Origin: Alphaproteobacteria bacterium
GTDB taxonomy: Bacteria; Pseudomonadota; Alphaproteobacteria; RF32; CAG-239
Assembly: GCA_017939155.1 (NCBI GenBank)
Contig: JAGAZZ010000048.1
Coordinates: 23,083-87,082 of the forward strand
DNA: 64,000 bases
Reading direction: 5' to 3'
Shown here: positions 46,000-59,365 of the stretch, piece after piece
Layout of the letters: each line of letters opens with the position of its first letter
Position numbering within the stretch: the first letter of the stretch is position 1
Notes under the pieces: model-generated
Databases searched by the model: none
What the model was told of the DNA's origin: nothing
What the model saw: the letters and a program-made list of their open reading frames with translations, nothing else
Made by a program: the position numbers and the translations under genes

Positions 46000-47328
46000 T
46001 CAAAACAGCGTGTCTTTTTTCTTATCTAGCCGAAGCTTGGCTTCCAAATCTTTGGCGCGTAACTTAATATCCGAGCGCAACTCTTGTTTCAAAGCTTTTT
46101 TAAGCTGCCTTTGGGCAATCTCTTTTTCGCCTAAAGCATAATTATATTCGGCAGCAAAATAATCCGCTTCCGCTAAATGTCCCAAATCAGCATAAACTCG
46201 CCCGAGATGAAGATACGCTGACGGATAAGCCCCGTTGCGTCCCGCTTGTTCTAATAAGGCAATAAGTTTTTTTAACTCTTGCGCCGTGGGTTTTCCCGCT
46301 AAAACCGCCTCGGCGTAATTGAGCTTAAACAAATCCGACTGCGGTTTAAAGCTTAAAGCCTCTTGATAGAGTTGTGCCGCTTCCCTAAATCTCCCGCCTT
46401 CAAATAAAATTTGCCCTTTTAGCTCTAAAAAATACGGATTTTGCGGTTCTTTATCAATCAAAATATCTGCATACTTCAAAGCTTCCGCCTGTTTTCTCTG
46501 CCGCATATAATAAACCGTGTGCGCAACATTTCCGGCAATACTTGTATCTGTAAGCGGATATTTCCTCATCACCTTATCAAGCGGGGCTAAATAAGCAAAC
46601 AATTTTGCTCTAATCCGTCTAAGCCGTTCGTCTTTGGCAAAATCACTCACAACGCCGCGCTCTTTTTTTAGCCTATCATTAAAAAAGCCCACTCTCTCCG
46701 AAGTGACCGGGTGCGTCCTGAAATAAGGCATTTCCTCAATTCCCTGCAAGCGGTTGGCATTTTGAATTTTCGTCATAAAATCTTTAAGCCCTTTAACCGA
46801 TTTATGGTTCTTGCCCAAAAGCAAAACTGCCGTTTCGTCCGCTGCTCTTTCTTCGCTCATCTGATACGCACTCATGGCGTTGATGGCTGAGCTTTGCGCG
46901 CCCAACACGACCGCTATCGCCGCATCTCCTCTGCCGCTTGCCGCTGCCGCGCCTGCCGCCGCCACCATTGAGGCTAACGTCGCTTTTTGCAAGTCCTGCA
47001 TTTTAATTTTAAGCCTCAAGATATGTCCGCCTAAAATATGTCCGGTTTCGTGTGCCAAAACGCCCTCAATTTCATTGCTGTTTGTCGCCTTAATCAAGGT
47101 TCCCGTATGCACAAACATTCGGTTTTGGTCCCCCACAAACGCGTTTAAGCTGTCATCTTTGACAATATGGATATAATCTCGTCTGAGCGGAAGTTCTGCC
47201 GCGTTAAAAATCGGTTTTAAAATATCATACAAATAGCTTTCTGTCTCTTCATCAGAAATCAGGCTGACCGCTTTGGCATTAAAGCCCAAAAAACAAAACA
47301 TCATTGCTAAAATAAATATCCGGCGCAT
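46000..47328 (-). CDS. M48-family Zn-metalloprotease with C-terminal TPR (BepA/YfgC-like)
   Basis: HETGHILGGH (HExxH), signal peptide MRRIFILAMMFCFLGFNAKA and a TPR-like C-terminal half. The preferred start ATG 47328 follows AGGAG. Confidence 0.85.
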   Translation of the reverse strand: MRRIFILAMMFCFLGFNAKAVSLISDEETESYLYDILKPIFNAAELPLRRDYIHIVKDDSLNAFVGDQNRMFVHTGTLIKATNSNEIEGVLAHETGHILGGHILRLKIKMQDLQKATLASMVAAAGAAAASGRGDAAIAVVLGAQSSAINAMSAYQMSEERAADETAVLLLGKNHKSVKGLKDFMTKIQNANRLQGIEEMPYFRTHPVTSERVGFFNDRLKKERGVVSDFAKDERLRRIRAKLFAYLAPLDKVMRKYPLTDTSIAGNVAHTVYYMRQRKQAEALKYADILIDKEPQNPYFLELKGQILFEGGRFREAAQLYQEALSFKPQSDLFKLNYAEAVLAGKPTAQELKKLIALLEQAGRNGAYPSAYLHLGRVYADLGHLAEADYFAAEYNYALGEKEIAQRQLKKALKQELRSDIKLRAKDLEAKLRLDKKKDTLF

Positions 47329-47411
47329 CTTAAAACTCCTGCTCATTTAAGCCAAAAATAAAATATAATCGTTTGATAGTCAAATCAAATAACAAGCATG
47401 GGGATTTTTCT

Positions 47412-47440
47412 AAACAAAAAGCCTCCGCAACCGGAGGCTT
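47412..47440 (-). terminator. Rho-independent terminator of the atp operon
   Basis: Minus strand AAAGCCTCCG-GTTG-CGGAGGCTTT followed by TTGTTT. Confidence 0.75.
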
Positions 47441-47450
47441 TAAATGGACT

Positions 47451-47822
47451 TTAAGGTCTGAATGCTTTGTCTGTTTCATACACCTTTTCAAGCCAAGCAT
47501 AAAACGGATTGGGAAATTCCTCATTGAGTGCCTTAACTTGAGCCAAATCAAGAGAACTTTTTTCAAACGCTGCCTCGGTCAAAATTGTGCAGGTATCTTC
47601 TTTAATGTCAGCCGCGCCGCCGGAAATATAATATTCCTCAACAGCCTTATTGCTTTCATCCAAAATTTTAACCGCACCCATCTCTAAAGGCAGTAAAGTC
47701 GGCGCTCGTCCTTTAATCACCGTCAGCGTGTTTCCTTTATATGGCAACACCACACGATAAACCTTTTTGTGGGTAATCAGTTTTTCCGGTATATAAATTT
47801 TAAGCGCAATATCTAAAGCCAT
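47451..47822 (-). CDS. atpC: F1 ATP synthase epsilon subunit
   Basis: Position after atpD, size 123 aa, beta-sandwich N-terminus. Confidence 0.85.
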   Translation of the reverse strand: MALDIALKIYIPEKLITHKKVYRVVLPYKGNTLTVIKGRAPTLLPLEMGAVKILDESNKAVEEYYISGGAADIKEDTCTILTEAAFEKSSLDLAQVKALNEEFPNPFYAWLEKVYETDKAFRP

Positions 47823-47824
47823 CT

Positions 47825-50297
<2,473 letters not shown>

Positions 50298-50309
50298 GTC
50301 AAAAAATCC

Positions 50310-51881
50310 TTACGCAGTCTTCTTTGCTTTTTCTTCAAGGTTGTGTGCCGCCTTAAAATCAGCCGTTGCTTTTTCTAAGAACGCGCACATCTTGGCATTA
50401 AGCTCATCGGAAATAACTTTTTTCTCGCGGATTTCTTTTAAGATAGCGTGCTGTTCGCGCCGTATTGTATCCAAAAGATACGCCTCATATTCCTTAATCT
50501 CTGAAAGAGCCAAATCATCCAAAAAGCCCTTTGAGCCGGAAAACAAAATAACCACTTCTTCTTCAACCGGCAACGGATGGTAAACCGGTTGTTTCAAAAT
50601 TTCGGTTAATTTGGCGCCACGGTTTAAAAGCTGTTTGGTTGAAGCATCCAAATCAGATGAAAACTGCGAAAACGCCGCCATTTCCCGATATTGTGCCAAA
50701 TCAAGCTTCATCGTGCCCGATACTTGTTTCATTGCCTTAATTTGTGCGGCAGAACCCACACGGCTGACCGATGTCCCGACATTAACCGCCGGACGCACAC
50801 CCTGATAGAACAACGATGTTTCCAAAAAAATCTGTCCGTCGGTAATCGAGATAACATTAGTCGGAATATAAGCTGAAATATCCCCCGCCTGCGTTTCAAT
50901 CACCGGCATCGCCGTTAACGAACCGCCGCCTCTGGCTTCATCAAGCTTTGCCGCTCTTTCCAAAAGCCGTGAATGCAAATAGAACACATCTCCGGGATAT
51001 GCTTCACGCCCCGGTGGACGGCGTAACAACAAAGACATCTGGCGATATGCCGTGGCTTGTTTGGATAGGTCATCATAAAAGATAACAGCGTGCATACCGC
51101 GGTTACGGAAAAACTCACCCATCGCACATCCGGCGTATGGGGCGATATATTGCAAAGGTGCCGCGTCTGAAGCCGTTGCCGCAACCACAATCGTATACTC
51201 AAGCGCGCCGTAATCTCTTAAAGTTTTTACCACCTGAGCCACGGTCGAGCGTTTTTGCCCGATAGCAACATAAATGCAAAACAACTTGTCTTTATCGCTT
51301 TTCGCCGCGTCATTAACCGCCTTTTGGTTAATAATCGTATCAACTAAGACCGAGGTTTTACCCGTCTGTCTGTCGCCGATAACCAGCTCTCTTTGTCCTC
51401 TGCCGATAGGAATAAGCGAGTCGATAACTTTTAATCCTGTCTGTACCGGCTCATGCACGCTCTGGCGCTCAATAATCCCCGGCGCTCTGGTTTCAACGTT
51501 GGCAAATTCTTTTGCTTTAATATCGCCAAGTCCGTCAATCGGCTGACCGAGAGCGTCAACCACACGTCCGAGCAACTCAAAGCCGACCGGTACGCTGACA
51601 ATTTTATTTAGTCTTTTAACTTTGTCGCCTTCTTTAATATCCGCATCCGAACCGAAAATCACGACGCCGACGCTGTCTTCGCCCAAGTTCAAAGCCATAC
51701 CTTTAACGCCTGAGGAAAACTCAACCATTTCATTATACTCAATGCCTTGAAGACCGTAAACCGTAGCAATGCCGTCCCCGACCGAAAGCACGCTCCCGAC
51801 CTCGTTTAATTCGGCGCCAAAATTATGCCCTTCGATTTTCTCTTTCAAAATTGCGGAAATTTCTTCTGCCTTAACCGTCAT
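50310..51881 (-). CDS. atpA: F1 ATP synthase alpha subunit
   Basis: GDRQTGKTS Walker A and the general alpha-subunit pattern. Confidence 0.96.
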   Translation of the reverse strand: MTVKAEEISAILKEKIEGHNFGAELNEVGSVLSVGDGIATVYGLQGIEYNEMVEFSSGVKGMALNLGEDSVGVVIFGSDADIKEGDKVKRLNKIVSVPVGFELLGRVVDALGQPIDGLGDIKAKEFANVETRAPGIIERQSVHEPVQTGLKVIDSLIPIGRGQRELVIGDRQTGKTSVLVDTIINQKAVNDAAKSDKDKLFCIYVAIGQKRSTVAQVVKTLRDYGALEYTIVVAATASDAAPLQYIAPYAGCAMGEFFRNRGMHAVIFYDDLSKQATAYRQMSLLLRRPPGREAYPGDVFYLHSRLLERAAKLDEARGGGSLTAMPVIETQAGDISAYIPTNVISITDGQIFLETSLFYQGVRPAVNVGTSVSRVGSAAQIKAMKQVSGTMKLDLAQYREMAAFSQFSSDLDASTKQLLNRGAKLTEILKQPVYHPLPVEEEVVILFSGSKGFLDDLALSEIKEYEAYLLDTIRREQHAILKEIREKKVISDELNAKMCAFLEKATADFKAAHNLEEKAKKTA

Positions 51882-51937
51882 ATCTTAAGCCTTTCCTAAG
51901 ATTATATTTATAAAAACTCTCATCTCATCCTCACTCT

Positions 51938-52483
51938 TTATTTTGCCGTCATCGTCTGCTTAATTTGTTCAAGCTTGAAAGCAAGCGTATCATCAATCAA
52001 AAATGACTCAAACGAAATCGCCAATCCTCCCAAAACTTCCGGTTTCAGACGATAAACAAGCATAACCTCTTTGTCAAGCATCCCTTGCAAAACTTCTTTA
52101 AGTTTTTTATCTTGCTCGGCAGATAAGTTAACAGCCGTGTCAACCGTAACCTCGACAATTCCTTTTTCCTGATAATAAAGCTTTTGAAAATCTCTTAAAA
52201 TCAGCTCTAAAAGCTTTAATCTGCCATTTTGGGCAATTTCTTTTAAAGCGGCACTGCTGATTTTGGAAAGTTTAAGTTTTTTAGCCGCTTCTTCAATCAG
52301 CTGCGTTTGTCCTTCTTCAAGAGGGGAGGCAAGCTTGTTCCATAAAGCCGGCTCTGCTTCAACGCTTTTAAGCATTGCAGAAACCTCCTTATAAGCCAAG
52401 TCCTGCTCTTTAAGGTCTAAAGCCGCGCCAAACCACGCTTTGGCGTATGTGTTAGCCGTTTTATATTTAGAAACTTTCTGCAC
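51938..52483 (-). CDS. atpH: F1 ATP synthase delta (OSCP) subunit
   Basis: First gene of the atpHAGDC order. 181 aa, YAKAWF N-terminus, GTG start. Confidence 0.85.
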   Translation of the reverse strand: MQKVSKYKTANTYAKAWFGAALDLKEQDLAYKEVSAMLKSVEAEPALWNKLASPLEEGQTQLIEEAAKKLKLSKISSAALKEIAQNGRLKLLELILRDFQKLYYQEKGIVEVTVDTAVNLSAEQDKKLKEVLQGMLDKEVMLVYRLKPEVLGGLAISFESFLIDDTLAFKLEQIKQTMTAK

Positions 52484-52645
52484 GTTATTTTCCGTCGTTA
52501 GTTATCAAAAAAGGCATAAATGCCACTTCATAAATATCAGATACATGAAAAATATTTATTTTAAATTAAAATTTCCACAAGAATTGACATTTTTTCACAG
52601 ATAAATAAAAAAAGCTTTCTCCGCAAAGGAAAAAGCTTTTTTGAA

Positions 52646-53290
52646 TTACAGACGGATTTTAGGCATTAAAAATCCGATAAAGATTAAATACACTAAAGGA
52701 AGCTCAATACCGTCTTCCTTGCCGATGAAAAACGTTCCCGTGTCGTCATAAAGGCTGCCATCTGAGATAAACCAGCCGTTTTTAAGGAGCTTGAAGTCAG
52801 AGTCGTTGCAAGAAAACACTTTTGTTTTATTAGGGGTAAAAAGTCCTCCATTCTTACTCTCTCCCTTTGGCTCGACAGACATATAATAACGCCCGTCCTT
52901 AAAAACTTCAGCTTTTCTCAAATGCTTGCCGACAACCTCATTTGATGCGTCATAAAGCAACAAAAGCCCGTTTCCTTCCGCCACGCGATACCACCCGTTA
53001 AAAAAGAGTTCGTTTTGCTTGTCAAATAACGTAAGCATTTTGCCGCTTTTGTCATAAACAGCTTTCTCTCCCGTTTTAAGGGTCAGCATAAACTTGCCGT
53101 CATTTGCTTCAAACACTTTTTTTACATTTTTGACAATCACCTCACGCAAGTTGTCATAAAACAAAACGATGGAATCATCTTTAAGCAACAGATAATGCCA
53201 ACCGTTTTTTAACGTTTTTCTTTTTTTAATCTTGCCGGCGTATACAGATTCGTATCCCGTCAGCTTGTCTTTTTTAAACTTAAACATCAT
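52646..53290 (-). CDS. WG-repeat-like orphan with C-terminal hydrophobic tail
   Basis: LKNGWHYLLLKDD, FFNGWYRVAEGNG, FKDGRYYM and LKNGWFISDG repeats. The last 18 aa (LPLVYLIFIGFLMPKIRL) are hydrophobic. Confidence 0.6.
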   Translation of the reverse strand: MMFKFKKDKLTGYESVYAGKIKKRKTLKNGWHYLLLKDDSIVLFYDNLREVIVKNVKKVFEANDGKFMLTLKTGEKAVYDKSGKMLTLFDKQNELFFNGWYRVAEGNGLLLLYDASNEVVGKHLRKAEVFKDGRYYMSVEPKGESKNGGLFTPNKTKVFSCNDSDFKLLKNGWFISDGSLYDDTGTFFIGKEDGIELPLVYLIFIGFLMPKIRL

Positions 53291-53324
53291 AATATAGAAA
53301 CTTAAAAATTTTTTTACGATATGA

Positions 53325-53352
53325 AATATAAACTTTTCAGATTTTTTGTCAA
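53325..53352 (-). promoter_or_regulatory. Sigma70-type promoter (TTGACA-16nt-TATATT)
   Basis: Minus strand TTGACAAAAAATCTGAAAAGTTTATATT. Confidence 0.5.
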
Positions 53353-53390
53353 TAAAAAAGACGTGATTTTAAAGAAAAAATAACCGAAAA

Positions 53391-55571
53391 TTACATAAAC
53401 GAATACGGGTTAATATCCACATCAACTCTGACATTGCTTTTGACCTTAACCATGGCAAGCCATTTTTTTAAAATCTCTTGAATATTGATGTTTTTTGCTG
53501 TTTTAAGTAACAGGCGATAGCGGTATTTACCGCGTAAAACAGCCATTGGGGCAGGGGCGGGACCTAGCGTTTCAATCAAATCCGTCTGCGGTGCGCATTT
53601 GCCGAACTTATAGGCTGTTGTTTCCGCCGCTTCTTGGTTGGAAGAAGAGATAATCAGCGCCGCAAGTTTGCCGTATGGCGGCATTTTAAGCATCATTCTT
53701 GAATTTTTTTCAATTTCGATGAATTTCTCCCGATTATGTTCGATGACTGCCTCTAAAACCAAATTGTCGGGATATAGCGTTTGCAGATAAACCACGCCTT
53801 TTTTACTGCCTCGTCCGGCGCGTCCCGACACCTGCGATAAAAGCTGAAACGTCTGCTCACTTGCCCTCAAATCCGTTCCCATTAATCCCAAATCAGCGTC
53901 AACCACACCCACAAGCGTCAAATCCGGAAAATTATGCCCCTTTGCCAAAATTTGTGTGCCGATAAGAATATCCACTTCTTTTTTCGCCGTCTTATGGATA
54001 ACTTCGGAAATAGCCTTGTAATTTGTCGTTATATCAGAAGATAAAATCGCCGTCCGAGCCGAGGGAAACCGCTTGGCAACTTCTTCGGCAATTCGCTCAA
54101 CCCCGGGACCGCACGCGGTCAAACCGTCTTCAGAACTGCATTCTGGACATCTTTTGGGCGTAAACATTTTAAATCCGCAGTGGTGGCAAATCAACTCTCC
54201 CGTGAGTCGATGTTCCGCGAGCCACGCTGTGCAATGCGGACATTGGATTCTATGCCCGCAATCTCGGCAAATCATAAGCGGCGCATAGCCTCGACGATTC
54301 AAAAACAGCATAGACTGCTCGCCTCTTTCAAGATTGCCGTTAATCGCCTCAATCAGCGTCGGTGCCAAAAAAGACACGCCCCATTCTCCTTTTTGCGGTT
54401 TGTCTTTTTTCAAATCAATAATTTTAATCTCGGGCAAAACCGCTTTGGCAAAACGTTTTTTGAGTTGAACGCAGTCGTATTTTCCTTCTTCAACGTTGAC
54501 AATCGTTTCCAAATCAGGCGTTGCGGTTGAAAGAATAACCGGAATTTTCTCTAAATGTGCTCTGAGCACCGCCATATCCCGCCCCTGATAAGTAACCAGG
54601 CTTTCCTGCTTAAACGAATGGTCGTGGCTCTCATCAACCACGATAATCCCCAAATTATAAAACGGCAAAAACAAAGCCGACCGCGCCCCGACAATAACTT
54701 TCGCTTTGTTTTGCATCACCGCTTTCCAAACTCTGGCCTTGTCTTTTACGCCCACTTCCGAGTGCCAGATATAAGGTGTGACGCCAAACCGTGTTTCAAA
54801 CCGTTTCAGCCATTGCGTGGTCAAAGAAATTTCCGGTACCAACACCAAAACCTGTTTTTTCATCTCCAAAGCCTTGGCGACCGCTTCAAAATAAACCTCA
54901 GTTTTACCCGAACCCGTCACACCGTCCAATAACGTTGCCGAAAAACCAAAACCGACTTTTTTAACCAAAATATCCGAAGCCCTTTGCTGTTCATCTGTAA
55001 GGGTTGCTTTTTTATCTAAATTGACAATCTGTTCTTCGGTTTGTTCATTGCAAAGAACTTCTTTCTTTGTCAAAAAGCCGCTCTTAATCATCGCGCTAAT
55101 AACGCTGTCGCTGACATGAGTGGCGCTGATAATTTCTTCTTTTGTTGCCTCAAGATGCGTTTCAAAAAAGTCAAACACGGCTTTTCTGGTTTCCGTAATC
55201 CTCACCCCTTTGAGGTTTTCGTTTTTAATATGCAGGCTGTAAAGATAAATTTTTTCTTTAGGCAACTGGTTGGTCTTTTGTCCCAAAACCATTTTAAGCA
55301 CCAAGCCTAAAGGTGCCATATTGTACGCCGCCGTTTTTTTGATAAACTCGAGCAAAGCGTCGCTTAATCGCCCCAAATCAGGAACTTCTTTGATTTTTTT
55401 AATCTTTTTTATATCAATATCAGCACTTTTACCAAGCTTAAAAACAACGCCGGCTAATTCCTCTCTCCCGAACGGCACAATAACAATCTGCCCGATTTTA
55501 AGCTCCTCATCTGCTTCATAATCAAACACATCGTCAAAGGGCAGGGGTAAAAGGACACCGTACACCGCCAT
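53391..55571 (-). CDS. priA: Primosomal protein N' (replication restart helicase PriA)
   Basis: DGVTGSGKTEVY Walker A, DESH box, and a Cys-rich Zn-binding insert (CRDCGHRIQCPHCTAWL...CHHCG...CPEC). Confidence 0.95.
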   Translation of the reverse strand: MAVYGVLLPLPFDDVFDYEADEELKIGQIVIVPFGREELAGVVFKLGKSADIDIKKIKKIKEVPDLGRLSDALLEFIKKTAAYNMAPLGLVLKMVLGQKTNQLPKEKIYLYSLHIKNENLKGVRITETRKAVFDFFETHLEATKEEIISATHVSDSVISAMIKSGFLTKKEVLCNEQTEEQIVNLDKKATLTDEQQRASDILVKKVGFGFSATLLDGVTGSGKTEVYFEAVAKALEMKKQVLVLVPEISLTTQWLKRFETRFGVTPYIWHSEVGVKDKARVWKAVMQNKAKVIVGARSALFLPFYNLGIIVVDESHDHSFKQESLVTYQGRDMAVLRAHLEKIPVILSTATPDLETIVNVEEGKYDCVQLKKRFAKAVLPEIKIIDLKKDKPQKGEWGVSFLAPTLIEAINGNLERGEQSMLFLNRRGYAPLMICRDCGHRIQCPHCTAWLAEHRLTGELICHHCGFKMFTPKRCPECSSEDGLTACGPGVERIAEEVAKRFPSARTAILSSDITTNYKAISEVIHKTAKKEVDILIGTQILAKGHNFPDLTLVGVVDADLGLMGTDLRASEQTFQLLSQVSGRAGRGSKKGVVYLQTLYPDNLVLEAVIEHNREKFIEIEKNSRMMLKMPPYGKLAALIISSSNQEAAETTAYKFGKCAPQTDLIETLGPAPAPMAVLRGKYRYRLLLKTAKNINIQEILKKWLAMVKVKSNVRVDVDINPYSFM

Positions 55572-55576
55572 AACGC

Positions 55577-56194
55577 TTAATCTCCGATAACAAGCGTGTT
55601 CTTATCTCTTTTAATCTCAACATCGCTCCCTTTAAGATACGCCATCATAAAATAAAGCGGCGCGTAAGCCGATGGATTTTCTTTAACCTCGTTCCCGTTG
55701 AGAATCAAATCAATGTGAGCAAGCTTTGCTTCATCAAGCGCAAAATCAGATAACGCCGTCACCTTAACCCCGGAAGCGTTTTGCTTAACCTCTAAAACCC
55801 CGCCTTTAATAATCACGTCTGCCATCATCATCACCGCCGGCATAATAATCTTGTGAATCTTCGGTGTTTCAATCTCCATCTTAAGCTTAATCGGTCGTTC
55901 CGGATTACCAAGTGTTGAGAGGTAGTCGGCGCAAATCTCATAAAGCTCATCAATGCTTTTAACCGCGGCATTTGACAGTCCAAAACAAACTCTGAAAAAT
56001 TTAAGCCTTTTGCTTAACACTTTAGCACTAAAATCTAAAATATTTTTAATGTCTTCAATGTCATCTCCCTCGTCGCACTCGCTAAAGAGTTCAACCGCGT
56101 TGTTTACCGCGCCGATATTGCCAATCAGGTCATGTGATAATCTTGTTGCCGTCACTTCTTCTAAAAAAATGCTGTTCATCATAAATCCTATCAA
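55577..56194 (-). CDS. chpT: ChpT-type histidine phosphotransferase
   Basis: TATRLSHDLIGNIGAVNNAVELF matches the ChpT/HPTransfase signature (..R.CHDL..P.GA..NG.EL). Confidence 0.75.
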   Translation of the reverse strand: MIGFMMNSIFLEEVTATRLSHDLIGNIGAVNNAVELFSECDEGDDIEDIKNILDFSAKVLSKRLKFFRVCFGLSNAAVKSIDELYEICADYLSTLGNPERPIKLKMEIETPKIHKIIMPAVMMMADVIIKGGVLEVKQNASGVKVTALSDFALDEAKLAHIDLILNGNEVKENPSAYAPLYFMMAYLKGSDVEIKRDKNTLVIGD

Positions 56195-56202
56195 TTTTCA
56201 AA

Positions 56203-57177
56203 TTAAAACGTGTAATAAGGCATATTAGCAAAGCGGGAATCCTCATTTAACATTCTTGCCATATCCATATTTTTTAAAAGCGGGTCAACCAGCTCTAACT
56301 TGCCGGTTTCAGCCCTTAAATACGGTTTTTTCCCGCCAAGCCCCCATTTAACCTCGCTCTTGTTGTCAGGCGGACCGTATCTCAAGTCAATTCTCTGCCA
56401 AAAGTCATAAATTTTGAGGTTGTTGATATAAACGTTTTTTGAAGCCTTGCTGAAAGACAGCGGAATATTGCTCACATAATAGATTCGGTGCGCCAAATTA
56501 TCTGTAAAAGTTGAGGTGTAAAAAATATTAATCGTTTCTTTGGAATATGACCGCGTATACGTTTCATGCTCAATAAAACGATAGCCGTTTTCTTCCGAAA
56601 CTTGAGTGGCGCAGGCCTTAAGCCGCTCAAAGCCGATAACGCCGCCTTGCCGGCAGAGTTCCTCACTACGCCATTTTATAAAGTTTGGAATTTCAAATGT
56701 TTGCAAAACTTTTTTGTAGCCTTGCCTGGTTAAAATCTCTTCAATCTCTTTAGGACTCATTCTCAGTTTAACCCCTGAAATATCTAAGTTAGCCGCGTTA
56801 GAGCGCCGTCTTAAAAGCACCTCTTCAAGGCGCTTTTTCTCGGCTGCAGCCTCTTTGGGGTCTGTCGCTTTTAAGATTTTTTCCGTGCCGCTTGAAAGCA
56901 GGCTTTTAAGCCATGTTTCCGATTCGTTTTTGTCTTGTGTCTTATTCTCATCAGGGTTCTCAAGCGTTTCGCTGAAAGTTTTTGCTCCTTTGGTAGTGCT
57001 TTTTTGTTCTTTTTTCTCGGTTTGAGCCGGTTTTTCTTTATCTTCGCTTAAAAGGTCTAACTCAAAATCAGCCTGAGCCGCCGCGCTTTTTATCATAAAA
57101 AGCCCGCCAGCCAAAAGAAGCATAATAACAGTTAACACCTTGTTTTTAAACATATCCCTAAATCCTATTTCCTCCAT
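56203..57177 (-). CDS. Secreted or periplasmic protein of unknown function
   Basis: 324-aa ORF. Signal-like VLTVIMLLLAGGLFMIKSAAAQA, followed by a charged linker and a globular C-terminus. Confidence 0.6.
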   Translation of the reverse strand: MEEIGFRDMFKNKVLTVIMLLLAGGLFMIKSAAAQADFELDLLSEDKEKPAQTEKKEQKSTTKGAKTFSETLENPDENKTQDKNESETWLKSLLSSGTEKILKATDPKEAAAEKKRLEEVLLRRRSNAANLDISGVKLRMSPKEIEEILTRQGYKKVLQTFEIPNFIKWRSEELCRQGGVIGFERLKACATQVSEENGYRFIEHETYTRSYSKETINIFYTSTFTDNLAHRIYYVSNIPLSFSKASKNVYINNLKIYDFWQRIDLRYGPPDNKSEVKWGLGGKKPYLRAETGKLELVDPLLKNMDMARMLNEDSRFANMPYYTF

Positions 57178-57273
57178 TATAACAAAGCTTTTTTAAAAAT
57201 CACCTGATTTTTTATATTTACAAACCGAAGATATATTTCTATAAACTAAGGAATACAGAAAAAGGAGACCCTG

Positions 57274-58623
57274 ATGGAATTAAAAGCAAATGTCGTCGGC
57301 GCAGGGCTGGCCGGAGCGGAAGCCGCTTGGCAACTGGCGCAAAGAAATATAAATGTAACCCTATATGAGATGAAGCCGCTCAAACGCTCTCCCGCGCACA
57401 AAACAGACCTGTTTGCCGAACTTGTCTGCTCTAACTCGTTTCGCTCGGATGATTATGTTAATAATGCCGTGGGGCTTCTGCATGAAGAAATGCGCCGGGT
57501 CGATTCTCTAATCATCAAAGCCGCGGATGAAACCAAAGTCCCCGCCGGCGGCGCGCTTGCCGTAGACCGTGACGGTTTTGCCAAGTATGTCACCGATAAA
57601 CTCAAAAATCACCCCCGCATAACCATTATCAATCAAGAAATAACCGAACTTCCCGCCAAAGAGGAGGGGTTAACAATCATTGCCACCGGTCCCTTAACGT
57701 CCGAAGCTTTGGCAAACTCAATTTCAGACACAATCGGCGGCGAAAAATTATCTTTTTATGACGCTATCGCTCCGGTCATTTATAAAGACAGCATTAACTT
57801 TGACATTGCCTGGTATCAATCCCGTTATGACAAAGGCGATAAATATGACTATATCAACTGCCCCTTAAATAAAGAACAATACGAAACCTTTGTGGACGCC
57901 CTCCTAAATGGTGAAAAAACAGAATTTCACGAGTTTGAAAAGCCTGAATATTTTAACGGCTGCCTGCCCATTGAGGTTATGGCAGAACGGGGACGTGATA
58001 CGCTCTTGTTCGGACCGATGAAACCCGTCGGCTTAACCGACCCGCACACCTCTTCTCGTCCGTATGCTGTCGTTCAGTTAAGGCAGGATAACAAAGAAGA
58101 TACATTAAGAAATCTTGTCGGTTTTCAAACCAAATTAAAGCATAGCGCCCAAACCCAAATCTTCCGCCTGATTCCGGGGTTAGAAAATGCCGTCTTTGCC
58201 CGTTTGGGCGGAATACATAAAAACACGTTTATCAAGTCGCCGCTTTTGCTGGATAACTATTTGCGCTTAAAATCACATCCGCATATTATGTTTGCCGGTC
58301 AAATCACCGGTACCGAGGGGTATGTCGAAAGCGCCTCAATCGGCTGGCTTGCAGGCTTTTTTGCTTCTCACCTGTTAAAAGGTGAAAGGCCTGTTCTTCC
58401 TCCACGGGAAACAGCGCTCGGCTGTCAGCTTGCTCATTTATCGGATTCAATAGAAAATAGTCGTTTTGAGCCGATGAATATTAATTTCGGTCTTTTCCCT
58501 GAGCTACCTAAAACCTTAACCGCCAAAGGAAAATTAAGGCACTTGAAAGGCACGGAGAAAAAAGCCGCTTTAACAACCCGCGCGCTTGACGCTCTAGAAG
58601 GATGGCTCAATGAAATTTCCTGA
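57274..58623 (+). CDS. trmFO: Methylenetetrahydrofolate--tRNA-(uracil54-C5)-methyltransferase TrmFO
   Basis: VVGAGLAGAEAAWQLA FAD motif, ELVCSNSFRSD and FAGQITGTEGYVESA. Confidence 0.93.
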   Translation: MELKANVVGAGLAGAEAAWQLAQRNINVTLYEMKPLKRSPAHKTDLFAELVCSNSFRSDDYVNNAVGLLHEEMRRVDSLIIKAADETKVPAGGALAVDRDGFAKYVTDKLKNHPRITIINQEITELPAKEEGLTIIATGPLTSEALANSISDTIGGEKLSFYDAIAPVIYKDSINFDIAWYQSRYDKGDKYDYINCPLNKEQYETFVDALLNGEKTEFHEFEKPEYFNGCLPIEVMAERGRDTLLFGPMKPVGLTDPHTSSRPYAVVQLRQDNKEDTLRNLVGFQTKLKHSAQTQIFRLIPGLENAVFARLGGIHKNTFIKSPLLLDNYLRLKSHPHIMFAGQITGTEGYVESASIGWLAGFFASHLLKGERPVLPPRETALGCQLAHLSDSIENSRFEPMNINFGLFPELPKTLTAKGKLRHLKGTEKKAALTTRALDALEGWLNEIS

Positions 58624-59353
58624 TAATCTTCCCCCCTTAACCCTCTACGAACGCTTGGTGCCTCACCAAGAGCAAGCACTCTTTTTATCTTATTTAGGTT
58701 GGGTACAGTTGCTGGCTGTCCGCGGTTTGGGGCTAAAAAAAATCACCCCGAAAACTTTTGACCGCCTCTATCGCGCCGTCTTAAAACCAAAATCGGCAAA
58801 TACTTTTTTAGGTCACCTGCAACAAGAGTTTATCAAAAAAAATCTCTCTTTGTCCCTGCTTTTAGAACCCTTAGACGGTTTCGAGTGGCTTTCAAAAAAT
58901 CGTTATCCGTTGGTTTTTTCCAACGCCTCGCCGGTCATTTTGACCATAATTTCACCGCTCACCCGCTTTATAAGCGTTTTAAACAATCAACACCCGCCGT
59001 TTTATCAGCCTTTTGCTAATCTGATGTTTGTTTATTTGGCGCTATATGTGCTAAATCTCCCCGAGTTTGAAAAAATCTTAAAAAATGCCGGCGTGCAAAC
59101 GGACACCGCAACGCTGACCGGCAATCTGCCGCTCATCTTGAGAGAAGCTAAACAAGTTCTTCCCGTAACCGGCGGGGGAATTTTTAAGCTCAAAATTGCC
59201 TTTTTTCTGGCGCTAGCCCGTCAATTAATCAAAAAAAATGCCATACATACCAAAAATAAAATAGATTTTCTTGATTATGTTAACGCATTTTTATATGGTT
59301 TGTGGTATATCCTAACCATACGGGCAACCCCGTTAGGGAAAAACAAATTATAA
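58610..59353 (+). CDS. Hypothetical protein, weakly squalene/phytoene-synthase-like
   Basis: 247-aa ORF overlapping the trmFO 3' end by 14 nt. Helical. LLEPLDGFEW is reminiscent of the isoprenoid-synthase fold, but there is no Asp-rich motif. Confidence 0.5.
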   Translation: MKFPDNLPPLTLYERLVPHQEQALFLSYLGWVQLLAVRGLGLKKITPKTFDRLYRAVLKPKSANTFLGHLQQEFIKKNLSLSLLLEPLDGFEWLSKNRYPLVFSNASPVILTIISPLTRFISVLNNQHPPFYQPFANLMFVYLALYVLNLPEFEKILKNAGVQTDTATLTGNLPLILREAKQVLPVTGGGIFKLKIAFFLALARQLIKKNAIHTKNKIDFLDYVNAFLYGLWYILTIRATPLGKNKL

Positions 59354-59365
59354 AAAGGAAAAAAA

